Shown: piece by piece, positions 44,696 to 53,319 of the stretch | Position numbering within the stretch: the first letter of the stretch is position 1 | Layout of the letters: each line of letters starts with the position of its first letter | Assembly: GCA_040392545.1 (NCBI GenBank) | Contig: JBEBVV010000008.1 | Coordinates: 19,306-83,305, forward strand | Length of the DNA stretch: 64,000 nt | Source of the DNA: Pseudochrobactrum asaccharolyticum | Lineage (GTDB): Bacteria; Pseudomonadota; Alphaproteobacteria; Rhizobiales; Rhizobiaceae | Direction of reading: 5' to 3' | Translations under genes and position numbers: made by a program | Notes under the pieces: generated by a model | Told to the model about the DNA's origin: nothing | Databases searched by the model: none | The model's input: the letters and a program-made list of their open reading frames with translations, nothing else

Positions 44696-47307
44696 GTGCG
44701 TTTTACAAAACTGTCGATGACGCGTTTCTGACCGGCATGGTCAAAGTCGATTGTTAGCTTGTTACCGTCAATAGAGGCAATATTGCCATTGCCGAATTTC
44801 ATATGAAAAACGCGGTCGCCGATTTTGAAATCGGATGGCGTTGATGAAACGGATTTTGCGACGAGCTCACCGTCAATCACTCTGCCTTTGACGGAACCGC
44901 GACCGGCACCGAAACCGGAATCCGTTTCGCCATAGCCGATACGTTCCACATTGGCACCGGAGCGCGAGCCCCAATTGTTGCGCGTGGCATCGGAGCGGTT
45001 TTGCTGCGCACGCTGCCAGCCCGGTGTGGCGTAGGAATTGGCAAAAGGATCGCCGCGCCCCACAGCATCAAAGCGGGACTGGCCGTAGCCGCCGCCATAG
45101 GAACTGTCGGATTCTGCAACATCCACATGTTCTTCCGGCAATTCTTCCAGAAAACGCGACGGGATTGTAGTCTGCCACATGCCATGAATGCGGCGGTTGG
45201 AAACAAACCAGATATGCAGATTTTTCTTGGCACGGGTCAGGCCAACATAGGCCAGACGGCGTTCTTCCTCCAGCCCTGAACGGCCGCCTTCATCCAGCGC
45301 GCGCTGGTGCGGAAACAGGCCTTCTTCCCAGCCAGGCAGGAAAACAGTTTGAAATTCCAGACCTTTAGCCGAATGCAGGGTCATAATATTGACCGCATCC
45401 ATGCCTTCATTCTGCTCTGTATCCATGACCAGAGCCACATGCTCCAGAAAGCCGCGAAGACTTTCATAATCTTCCATGGAGCGGATCAGTTCTTTCAGGT
45501 TTTCCAGACGACCCGGCGCTTCGGCGGAGCGGTCATTCTGCCACATCGCCGTATAACCGGATTCATCGAGAATGATCTCGGCCAGTTCCGTATGGGATTT
45601 ATTGTCAATCAGTCCCTGCCAGCGGCGGAAATTTTCAACCACTTCGCGCAAGGCAGAGCGGGCTTTGGGCTTCAGCTCTTCCGTGGCAATCAGATCTTCT
45701 GCCGCAAGCAGCATCGGCATATTTTTTGCCCGTGCATAGTCGTGCACCAGTCGCAGGCTTGCTTCACCAAGGCCGCGCTTCGGCGTGTTGACGATACGCT
45801 CAAAAGCCAGATCATCGGCAGGCTGCGCAACCACGCGGAAATAGGCCATGGCATCGCGGATTTCCTGCCGCTCATAGAAACGCGGGCCGCCGATCACGCG
45901 GTAATTCAGGCCAAGCGTGACAAAGCGGTCTTCAAATTCGCGCATCTGGAAAGAAGCGCGCACCAGAATAGCCATATTATTGAGCAGATGGCCGCCACGC
46001 TGCGCCTGTTCAATTTCCTCGCCCACCGCGCGGGCTTCTTCTTCAGAATCCCATGCTGCGTGAACATGGACTTTCTGATCATCGGGATCAGCCGCCTGTG
46101 CTTGCAGGGTTTTGCCAAGACGCCCCTCATTATGGGCAATCAGATAGGATGCCGCACCGAGAATATGTGGCGTGGAGCGGTAATTGCGCTCAAGGCGGAT
46201 GATCGTTGCGCCGGGAAAATCCTTGTCAAAGCGCAGGATATTATCCACTTCCGCTCCGCGCCAGCCATAGATCGACTGGTCATCATCGCCTACACAGCAG
46301 ATGTTAATCTGTTGTGTCGATTTATTTGTGCTCACGCTGTCGCCGCTAACGCGGCTGCGCTCCGCAGGGGCGGCTGAAAAGTCAGCCGGTGACCAGTCGG
46401 TCGCGTTGGGCGTGCTTTGTGGTTGTGTTGGTGCTGATTGGGCGTTTGAGTTACTTGGTCTTTGCGCCAGCAGTCTCAGCCACATATATTGCGCGGTATT
46501 GGTATCCTGATACTCATCCACCAGAATATAGCGGAATTTGGCATGATATTCGCGCAAAATATCCGGATAGTTGCGGAAAATCCGGATCGGATGCAGCAGA
46601 AGATCGCCGAAGTCACAGGCATTCAGCGTTTTCAGACGTTCCTGATAGGCCTGATAAAGTTCGCGCCCCTTGCCATTAGCGAAAGCACGCGCATCACCTT
46701 CGGAAATATCCGACGGGCCATAGCCTTTATTCTTCCAGCCGTCGATCATCATCGAGAAGGAGCGTGGCGTCCAGCGTTTGTCGTCCAGCCCTTCCGCCTG
46801 AATGAGTTGCTTGAGCAGGCGGATCACATCATCCGTATCAAGAATGGTAAAATCAGAGCGCAGCCCTGCCAGTTCCGCATGGCGGCGCAGAATTTTCACA
46901 CCAATCGAGTGGAATGTGCCAAGCCATGGCATGCCTTCAACCGCGCCGCCGACCAGATGGCCGATACGTTCTTTCATCTCGCGGGCGGCTTTATTGGTAA
47001 AAGTTACGGCGAGGATCTGGCTCGGAAATGCCAGTCCCTGCTGCAGAATATGGGCAATACGTGTGGTCAGAACGCGGGTTTTGCCCGTACCGGCTCCGGC
47101 GAGTACCAGCACCGGCCCTTCCGTGGTGACAACAGCCTGCCGCTGCTCGGGGTTCAGCCCCTGCAGATAAGGCGGCTCGCCACGCTGCTGGTTGCGCGCC
47201 TGCATAGCGCGCGCGGCAATACCAGATGCAGCGCCCGATTGCGGCTGCGGTGTTGCCGGTTCATCCGGCTCCCCGAAGAAAGGGATATCGTCTGGAAAGT
47301 CTGACAT
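44692..47307 (-). CDS. uvrD: UvrD/PcrA superfamily 1 DNA helicase
   Basis: AGAGTGKT, TFTNKAA, DEYQD, GDDDQSIYGWRGA, NYRS, TLHSAKGLEF, YVGLTRA, C-terminal Tudor-like domain. Confidence 0.95.
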   Translation of the reverse strand: MSDFPDDIPFFGEPDEPATPQPQSGAASGIAARAMQARNQQRGEPPYLQGLNPEQRQAVVTTEGPVLVLAGAGTGKTRVLTTRIAHILQQGLAFPSQILAVTFTNKAAREMKERIGHLVGGAVEGMPWLGTFHSIGVKILRRHAELAGLRSDFTILDTDDVIRLLKQLIQAEGLDDKRWTPRSFSMMIDGWKNKGYGPSDISEGDARAFANGKGRELYQAYQERLKTLNACDFGDLLLHPIRIFRNYPDILREYHAKFRYILVDEYQDTNTAQYMWLRLLAQRPSNSNAQSAPTQPQSTPNATDWSPADFSAAPAERSRVSGDSVSTNKSTQQINICCVGDDDQSIYGWRGAEVDNILRFDKDFPGATIIRLERNYRSTPHILGAASYLIAHNEGRLGKTLQAQAADPDDQKVHVHAAWDSEEEARAVGEEIEQAQRGGHLLNNMAILVRASFQMREFEDRFVTLGLNYRVIGGPRFYERQEIRDAMAYFRVVAQPADDLAFERIVNTPKRGLGEASLRLVHDYARAKNMPMLLAAEDLIATEELKPKARSALREVVENFRRWQGLIDNKSHTELAEIILDESGYTAMWQNDRSAEAPGRLENLKELIRSMEDYESLRGFLEHVALVMDTEQNEGMDAVNIMTLHSAKGLEFQTVFLPGWEEGLFPHQRALDEGGRSGLEEERRLAYVGLTRAKKNLHIWFVSNRRIHGMWQTTIPSRFLEELPEEHVDVAESDSSYGGGYGQSRFDAVGRGDPFANSYATPGWQRAQQNRSDATRNNWGSRSGANVERIGYGETDSGFGAGRGSVKGRVIDGELVAKSVSSTPSDFKIGDRVFHMKFGNGNIASIDGNKLTIDFDHAGQKRVIDSFVKRT

Positions 47308-47349
47308 GGTTCCGAATGTAATGATTCTTAAGCGAAACGCCATAGATGA

Positions 47350-47364
47350 GAACAAATAAAGTAC
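47350..47364 (-). promoter_or_regulatory. Alphaproteobacterial LexA (SOS) box upstream of uvrD
   Basis: GAAC-AAATAAA-GTAC matches GAAC-N7-G(A/T)AC. Confidence 0.75.
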
Positions 47365-47389
47365 CTGTATTTTACGCAGGTACTTTATT
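47355..47389 (-). terminator. Hairpin downstream of the kinase gene
   Basis: AATAAAGTACCTG-N9-CAGGTACTTTATT perfect 13-bp inverted repeat. Confidence 0.6.
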
Positions 47390-47426
47390 CAGGCAACTAT
47401 TGCAGCATTATAGAAGTAAAAAACGG

Positions 47427-48503
47427 CTATTCCAGTTGTGTAATACGCCGGTCGGTGAAATTCAGCCGGTGTGCGGCCAGTGCTTCCACCAGCAGGCGCA
47501 TATCCGGCTCACGCTGCAACAATTCATCCAGTTCAGTCATCTGGTTCATGGCTACAAGGCGCAGAATATCTTCACGGATTGTGCCGTCTGCACGGCGCGG
47601 CAAATGGGCAACCGGCTGGATCAGCTCCACCTTATGACCCTTAAGGCGTGCCCGCAGTGATTTCTCATCGGCCTGCAAGGTTTCAACAAACGCATAAATC
47701 CCCACGCCTTTGGCCGGCAGGGAATAGAGGCTCAAAGCAACATCTTTCACACGCGGATCGGATTTCAGCGCGGCAACAATGGCCGGACCTTCATTATCAA
47801 TACGGTCGCCGGTTCCTTCACCATCCGACCAGTTGAAGATGCCGCGGGTGATGAAATTATAGACCTGCTTGCCGGTGGACAGCCAGATGCGTGACGGCAG
47901 CGAGCGGCGCGCCAGAATACGCTTTTCGGTCGGGGTCATCAGGTCAGGCGCAAAATTGCGCTTCTGTTTGATGAGGTGACGGAAATCCTCATAGGCCATC
48001 AGCCGGTAATAAGCGCCACGGCGGCGATGCACGGAAGCCAGCTGAAAATCAATCACAGCGGCTTCGCCTTCCGGCGTCATCAGCCAGTTTTGCGGCTTCT
48101 GCAAATCATTATGGGTTACGCCCATGCGGCGCATATCACGCAAAATGCGGTGCGCCGAGCGGTACCATTCCCGATGTGAAGGGCGCGCCAGATGCAAAGG
48201 CGTACCGTCTGTCCAGGTGCGGAACAGGCCGTGTTTATCGGTTGCCAGCAATTGCGGCGTGCCTTTGATGCCGCGCACTTTCTTCAGGCCACGGATTTCA
48301 CGCCGTGCCAGCCACCATGCCAGCGGGCTTGACCACCACGGCGCGGCGCTGACCACGCGGCGGATGATACGGGTTTCCGGATCGCCTGCAAAATGACCGG
48401 CGCGGGTTTCCGAGAAAATGTCCCGTTTGAAAACGGCAGTCTCATAAAAATCCGGAATGGTTTCCATGAGTTGGGAATTGGTCCCGGATGTTGAATAATT
48501 CAT
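47427..48503 (-). CDS. RIO/Kdo-like protein-kinase-fold protein fused to an acyl-CoA-synthetase-like C-terminal domain
   Basis: HNDLQKPQN catalytic loop and IDFQLA; C-terminal KGVGIYAFV and LIQPVAHLPRRADGTIREDILR resemble the Acs C-domain (aligned by eye). Confidence 0.8.
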   Translation of the reverse strand: MNYSTSGTNSQLMETIPDFYETAVFKRDIFSETRAGHFAGDPETRIIRRVVSAAPWWSSPLAWWLARREIRGLKKVRGIKGTPQLLATDKHGLFRTWTDGTPLHLARPSHREWYRSAHRILRDMRRMGVTHNDLQKPQNWLMTPEGEAAVIDFQLASVHRRRGAYYRLMAYEDFRHLIKQKRNFAPDLMTPTEKRILARRSLPSRIWLSTGKQVYNFITRGIFNWSDGEGTGDRIDNEGPAIVAALKSDPRVKDVALSLYSLPAKGVGIYAFVETLQADEKSLRARLKGHKVELIQPVAHLPRRADGTIREDILRLVAMNQMTELDELLQREPDMRLLVEALAAHRLNFTDRRITQLE

Positions 48504-48766
48504 GATAATGTCACAGAGATACAGTCAATTCTGGTGCGGGTCGGTACGAAGCCTGAGCCTCTACGAAATGATATTGGTTGTTATGTGACAGCTGTAAAGG
48601 TTCGAGGCAGGCGGATCAAGTGTGACAGGGCATTTTGAACGCGTGAACAGGGGAACAAAGGCAAAGCTCGCATGAAATGCCTTGTTGTGACTGACAGCCT
48701 GCCGTTATGGTGCGCCAGTCATGTGATTCATGAAGCGTTCCGCATTGTATAAATGGGAACGGCAAA

Positions 48767-48861
48767 GTTGCAGAAGCGGCGGTGTTATTTAAAGCCTGCA
48801 AAGCGGCATTGTTACAGAATGGCTGCAAAGCAGCATTGTTATATAGTGGCTGCATAGCAGC
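48767..48861. repeat. Degenerate 27-bp tandem repeat (about 3.5 copies)
   Basis: GTTGCAGAAGCGGCGGTGTTATTTAAAG / CCTGCAAAGCGGCATTGTTACAGAATG / GCTGCAAAGCAGCATTGTTATATAGTG / GCTGCATAGCAGC. Confidence 0.85.
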
Positions 48862-48877
48862 CGGAGAGTTTAAGAAT

Positions 48878-51800
48878 TTGGGACGGTTGTTCGTTATTAT
48901 TGGCGGTTTGCTGGTGCTGGTGCTGACTTTGGCGCTGGTTGTGCCGCCTTTTATTGACTGGACAGGCTATCGCGATCGTTTTGAGCAGGAAGCCGGACGG
49001 ATTTTAGGTCGTCCTGTTCACGTCAACGGTACGGCCAATGCACGTTTGCTGCCGTTTCCTTCTGTCACTTTCTCCGATGTGGTTGTGGAAGCGCCGGATG
49101 GCGGCAATGCGCTGACCATGGAAAAATTCTCCATGGATGCCGAGCTGATGCCGTTCTTACGCGGGCAAATTCTGATCTTTGATATGCGGATGGAAAAGCC
49201 GCAGCTTTCCGCAGGGTTGAATCAGCAGGGGCAGTTTAACTGGGCCTTGCCGGAAAAGAGCGATCTTGCCGCCAGCAAAATACGGCTGGAAAAACTGACC
49301 TTGCATGACGGGCAGATTAGCTTACGCGATGAAGCGCGCGGGCGGGAACAGAAATTCAGCAAGATTAATGCAACTTTATCGGCGGAAAATCTGGCAGGCC
49401 CCTGGCGTATCAACGGGCATATGCTGGCTGATGACCAGCCTTTTACCGTGGAAATTTCCACAGCCGAGAAAAAGCCGGATGAGCCGCTGAAACTGCGTCT
49501 GCGGCTGTTGCCGGATGATCTGGCTGTCTCTTTGGAGACGGAAGGTGAATTGACGGCGGAAGATGACAAGCCGCTTTATCAGGGACAATTCGCGTTTCTC
49601 ACCCTTAATAACGATGATCGCAAACCGAAAAATGCAGTCACGCTCGACAAGCTGCGCCTGACCGGTAAATTTGCCGCCAAGAGCAGCGGCTTTGATATTG
49701 AAGAATTCCGCATGGAGCAGGGCGAGGCTGATGCGCCCTATGTGATTAACGGTAAAGCGCAGCTTGATCTGGCGGAAAATCCGCATTTTATGATCAGCGC
49801 AGATGGCCAGCAGGTCTATCTTGACGGTATGAAACCGGATGTTGCTGTGCCGAATAAAACCGTGACCGATCAGCCGGTCTTGTCTTTCCGTGAGAAAATT
49901 GACTTTCTGCAGACCCTGCTGGAACGCATTCCGGTGCCGGATATGCCGGGCAATATTGACCTGCGCCTGCCTGCCATTATCGCCAGCGGCACTACAATCC
50001 GCTCGATCATTATTCGGGCAGAACCGGATAATGGCGCGTGGAATATCAGCCAGTTACAGGCCGACCTGCCGGGGCGTACGCAGATTGAGGCCAAGGGTAA
50101 ATTGCAGCTTGGCGCAGATTTCGGCTTTCAGGGCGATTTTCTGCTGGCCTCGCGCCAGCCTGCCGGTTTTGCTTCATGGCTGACCGGTGAAGCGGGTACA
50201 AAAACACCGGCCGCCTTGGGGCAGGTGCCTGCTGCCGGTTTTTCCGGAAAAATCCTGCTGAATAATAATCTGCAGCAGATCAATGATCTGGAAATTGTGC
50301 TGGGTGAGACGGTTCTGAACGGTAAATTCGAGCGGCGCAGTGATGTGCGCCATGCGGCTTCATCCTCGCTGGATATTACCGGTAAAGCGCTTGATACCGG
50401 CGTGATGCAGGCGCTGAGCAGCCTGTTCTTGCGTGAAGGTGATCTGTCCGGTCTGGCGGGAGAAAATCTGACCGTGCATCTGAAAGCTGGTCCTGTGATG
50501 TGTTCGGGGCTTGAAGCCGGTGAGGTGGATACGGTTTTCCGGCTTAATGGCGGCAAGCTGGATTTCGACCGGTTGATGATCAGCGCGGTGGAAGGTGCGA
50601 ATATTTCGGCGACCGGTTCGCTGCAACTGCTTGATAATTCAGTCAATGCCACACTTGATGCAACGGTTCTGGCCGATGATCTGGCGCCTTTATTGCGTGG
50701 GTTGAAGACTGCCTTTCCCCATGAGCCGTTGATTGCGGGGCTTCAGGACAGGGCGGCGGCCTATCCGGAATTATTTGCCGGTACCAAGCTTGATCTGATC
50801 CTCAATGCCGTCAATCTTTTTGCGGATGGCGATCAGGAAAAAGCAGCGACAAAAGCGCCGGATAATGCAAAGCCTGATAATGCAAAACCGGAGCAGGCAA
50901 AAGGTGATGCTGCGCGTGCAGGACGTGTTAAAAACGCCGCGAAGAAAACGGATGCTGCAAAATCCGATATTGCCGAATTGTCTTTCAGTCTGAACGGGCA
51001 GACAGAGGCGCTGATTATCTCGGTTGCCGGTTCGTCAAAAGGCACGCTGACAGGGCCTGATCCGATGCAATTATCGCTGACGGCCAATGCCAAAGCGGCA
51101 TCCGGCGAGGCGGCATTGGCCTTGCTCGGCATGCCGGTTCTGCCGCTCGGACTGATGAGCGAGGGAGAGATTAATTTACAGGCGCAGGGCGCACCTGTGG
51201 CCGGCATGAAAACCGCGCTTGAACTGAGCGGTGAAGATGGCCGTGCACGCCTTGACGGGGTGATTACCCTGACCGGTGATGAAGTGGCAGCCAGCGGTAA
51301 AGCCGTGTTGAAAAGCGATGATCTGGAGCCGTTTCTGGCAACAACCGGCTATGCACTGCCCTTCGGGCGCGGATTCGGCAATGGTCTTCCGGTTGATATT
51401 ACAAGTGATTTTCAGATCGGTAAGAATATTGTCCGCCTGCCGAACCTGCAAGGACAGCTTGATGGTGAAACGGTCAGCGCCAAGCTGGATGGTTCTTTGA
51501 GTGATCAGTCTGTGGCGCAGTTGCGCGGCGAGATTGCATTGGAGCGGCTCGATCTAACGGCACTGTTCGCGGCAATGACAGGTCTGCCGGTGGCGGATAT
51601 TCAGGGTGCTGACTGGTCAGCGCAGAATTTTGGCAAAAAGAGTAATTTGCCGATTGCCATGAATTTGCGTGTCACTGCCGGAGCGGCTGCGCTTTCAGAC
51701 AGTGCTTCCATACAGAATTTTTCTGCCCGTCTTGTCAAAAATGACCAGCAATTGCAGGTGAGCGAAATTGGCGGGCAATGGGCGAAGGGCAAATTATCCG

Positions 51801-52738
51801 GCAAGCTGGAACTGAATAATGCCAATGGCACGGTGCTTGCGAGCGGTGATCTGCGCCTGAGCAATGCAGATATGGCCGTGCTTTATCAACCGGCAGAACT
51901 GGTGCCGCCGCTTGGAGGCGAGGGGGACCTTAAACTCGGCTTTACCGGCAGCGGTCAATCCATGGCGGATCTGGTTCATTCTCTGGCCGGTGAAGGCGCG
52001 CTGAGTATTACTGCGCCTGTTGTGGCCGGTTTGAATGTGGCGGCAATGGAAGAAGTGCTGATACAGTCCGATGCTGTGTCTGATCATAGGACTACCGGTG
52101 CTGATCAGAAACAGGCCGAGGCCGAGCGTCTCAAATTGGCACAGATCTTGGCACAAGGCGGTATGCTGCGTGCAGATCAGACCGAGGCGAAACTGACATT
52201 GGCGAGCGGTATTTTGCGTCTTGCCGGGATGAAAATGCAAAATGACAAGGCCGTTTTGCAGGGCGATTTCCAGCTAGATTTCAACACGCTGGATTGGGGT
52301 GGCAATGGCGCTTTGGAACTGCTGTTGCCTGCCGCAGAGCGCAATGATGTGGCGGCACAAGTGCAATTTGCCTTATCGGGAAGCTGGGCTGCGCCGCTGG
52401 TGACATTTGATTATCAGCCGATGGTGCAGTTTTTGACCCAGCGCGCTTTGCTGCGTGAGCAGCAGCGGGCAGAGGCGGCGCAGGCGCTGATTATTGAGCG
52501 TCAGCGGTTGAAACGCGAAGCCGATTATTACGCGGCCAAATTGGCGGAGCGCAAACAATTACGTCTCGAAACTGAAGCTGAATTGCGCAGACGTGCCCAG
52601 CAAGCCACAGGCAGTGGCACGCAATTGCCGCAATATATGCCACGGCAGAATGTTGCGCCGTCGCCGGATTTTAAGCCAAGTCTTGATGAATTCCTGCAAA
52701 ATCTGCCGGAGACGCAGTTACAACCGGCTCAGGAATGA
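48878..52738 (+). CDS. AsmA-family large periplasmic protein
   Basis: TTG start after GGAGAG; N-terminal TM, PPFIDW...LGRPVHVNG...LLPFP; beta-rich repeats; C-terminal coiled coil. Confidence 0.88.
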   Translation: MGRLFVIIGGLLVLVLTLALVVPPFIDWTGYRDRFEQEAGRILGRPVHVNGTANARLLPFPSVTFSDVVVEAPDGGNALTMEKFSMDAELMPFLRGQILIFDMRMEKPQLSAGLNQQGQFNWALPEKSDLAASKIRLEKLTLHDGQISLRDEARGREQKFSKINATLSAENLAGPWRINGHMLADDQPFTVEISTAEKKPDEPLKLRLRLLPDDLAVSLETEGELTAEDDKPLYQGQFAFLTLNNDDRKPKNAVTLDKLRLTGKFAAKSSGFDIEEFRMEQGEADAPYVINGKAQLDLAENPHFMISADGQQVYLDGMKPDVAVPNKTVTDQPVLSFREKIDFLQTLLERIPVPDMPGNIDLRLPAIIASGTTIRSIIIRAEPDNGAWNISQLQADLPGRTQIEAKGKLQLGADFGFQGDFLLASRQPAGFASWLTGEAGTKTPAALGQVPAAGFSGKILLNNNLQQINDLEIVLGETVLNGKFERRSDVRHAASSSLDITGKALDTGVMQALSSLFLREGDLSGLAGENLTVHLKAGPVMCSGLEAGEVDTVFRLNGGKLDFDRLMISAVEGANISATGSLQLLDNSVNATLDATVLADDLAPLLRGLKTAFPHEPLIAGLQDRAAAYPELFAGTKLDLILNAVNLFADGDQEKAATKAPDNAKPDNAKPEQAKGDAARAGRVKNAAKKTDAAKSDIAELSFSLNGQTEALIISVAGSSKGTLTGPDPMQLSLTANAKAASGEAALALLGMPVLPLGLMSEGEINLQAQGAPVAGMKTALELSGEDGRARLDGVITLTGDEVAASGKAVLKSDDLEPFLATTGYALPFGRGFGNGLPVDITSDFQIGKNIVRLPNLQGQLDGETVSAKLDGSLSDQSVAQLRGEIALERLDLTALFAAMTGLPVADIQGADWSAQNFGKKSNLPIAMNLRVTAGAAALSDSASIQNFSARLVKNDQQLQVSEIGGQWAKGKLSGKLELNNANGTVLASGDLRLSNADMAVLYQPAELVPPLGGEGDLKLGFTGSGQSMADLVHSLAGEGALSITAPVVAGLNVAAMEEVLIQSDAVSDHRTTGADQKQAEAERLKLAQILAQGGMLRADQTEAKLTLASGILRLAGMKMQNDKAVLQGDFQLDFNTLDWGGNGALELLLPAAERNDVAAQVQFALSGSWAAPLVTFDYQPMVQFLTQRALLREQQRAEAAQALIIERQRLKREADYYAAKLAERKQLRLETEAELRRRAQQATGSGTQLPQYMPRQNVAPSPDFKPSLDEFLQNLPETQLQPAQE

Positions 52739-53007
52739 GGATTGTTCTGCTTTAATGCCCAGTCCAGCGCATAGAGGCGCAGGCTGGAGGAGAGATTGCT
52801 GCTGCGGTCGCGTTCATCATCAATACGGGTGATGAGGGAAGCCAGCGACTGGCCGTTTTGCGCGGCAATTTCCACGATAATATCATAAAATGCATCTTCC
52901 AGCGAAAAGCTGGTGGCATGGCCGTGCAGGGTAACGGAATGTTTGCGCAAGCGGGCTTTGCTGCGCGATTGTGGAAATTGCGGGCGGGACGAAGACTGTT
53001 CCGTCAT
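52729..53007 (-). CDS. Ribbon-helix-helix domain protein (RHH_4 type)
   Basis: KHSVTLHGHATSFSLEDAF...NLSSSLRL. Confidence 0.88.
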   Translation of the reverse strand: MTEQSSSRPQFPQSRSKARLRKHSVTLHGHATSFSLEDAFYDIIVEIAAQNGQSLASLITRIDDERDRSSNLSSSLRLYALDWALKQNNPHS

Positions 53008-53231
53008 GACGTTTTATCGTCACCGTGAAGATCAGCCGTGTCGGGTGATGCTGTTTCCAGCCGGTTTTGTTCCAGAAAGCGCTCGCTTTTTTCCTGCTGG
53101 TTTTTGGCGAAAGTCTTCTCTGTTTTTGTGCGTCCGAACAAAATGCGGTTTGCATCAGCCTGCTGTTGTTTTTCAGCGCGGGTTTTGCGTTTTTTGAATT
53201 GCTTGAGATTGATAATATCGCCCAAAATCAT
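53004..53231 (-). CDS. DUF4169 family protein
   Basis: GDIINLKQFKKRK...ANRILFGRTKTEK; overlaps the RHH gene start. Confidence 0.85.
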   Translation of the reverse strand: MILGDIINLKQFKKRKTRAEKQQQADANRILFGRTKTEKTFAKNQQEKSERFLEQNRLETASPDTADLHGDDKTS

Positions 53232-53319
53232 GCCTCTCAAAAGATCAATTTCAAAAATTAATATGCCTGAAAACCGAGCAGTCATTCACTCCGGCAAGGT
53301 GCCGGAGTGATCAATATGG

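Noticed and set aside
48767-48861. Repeat array as a mini-CRISPR or as an N-terminal extension of AsmA
   Set aside because: Units are contiguous with no unique spacers and there are no cas genes. The SD and TTG at 48878 fit the AsmA N-terminal TM start.
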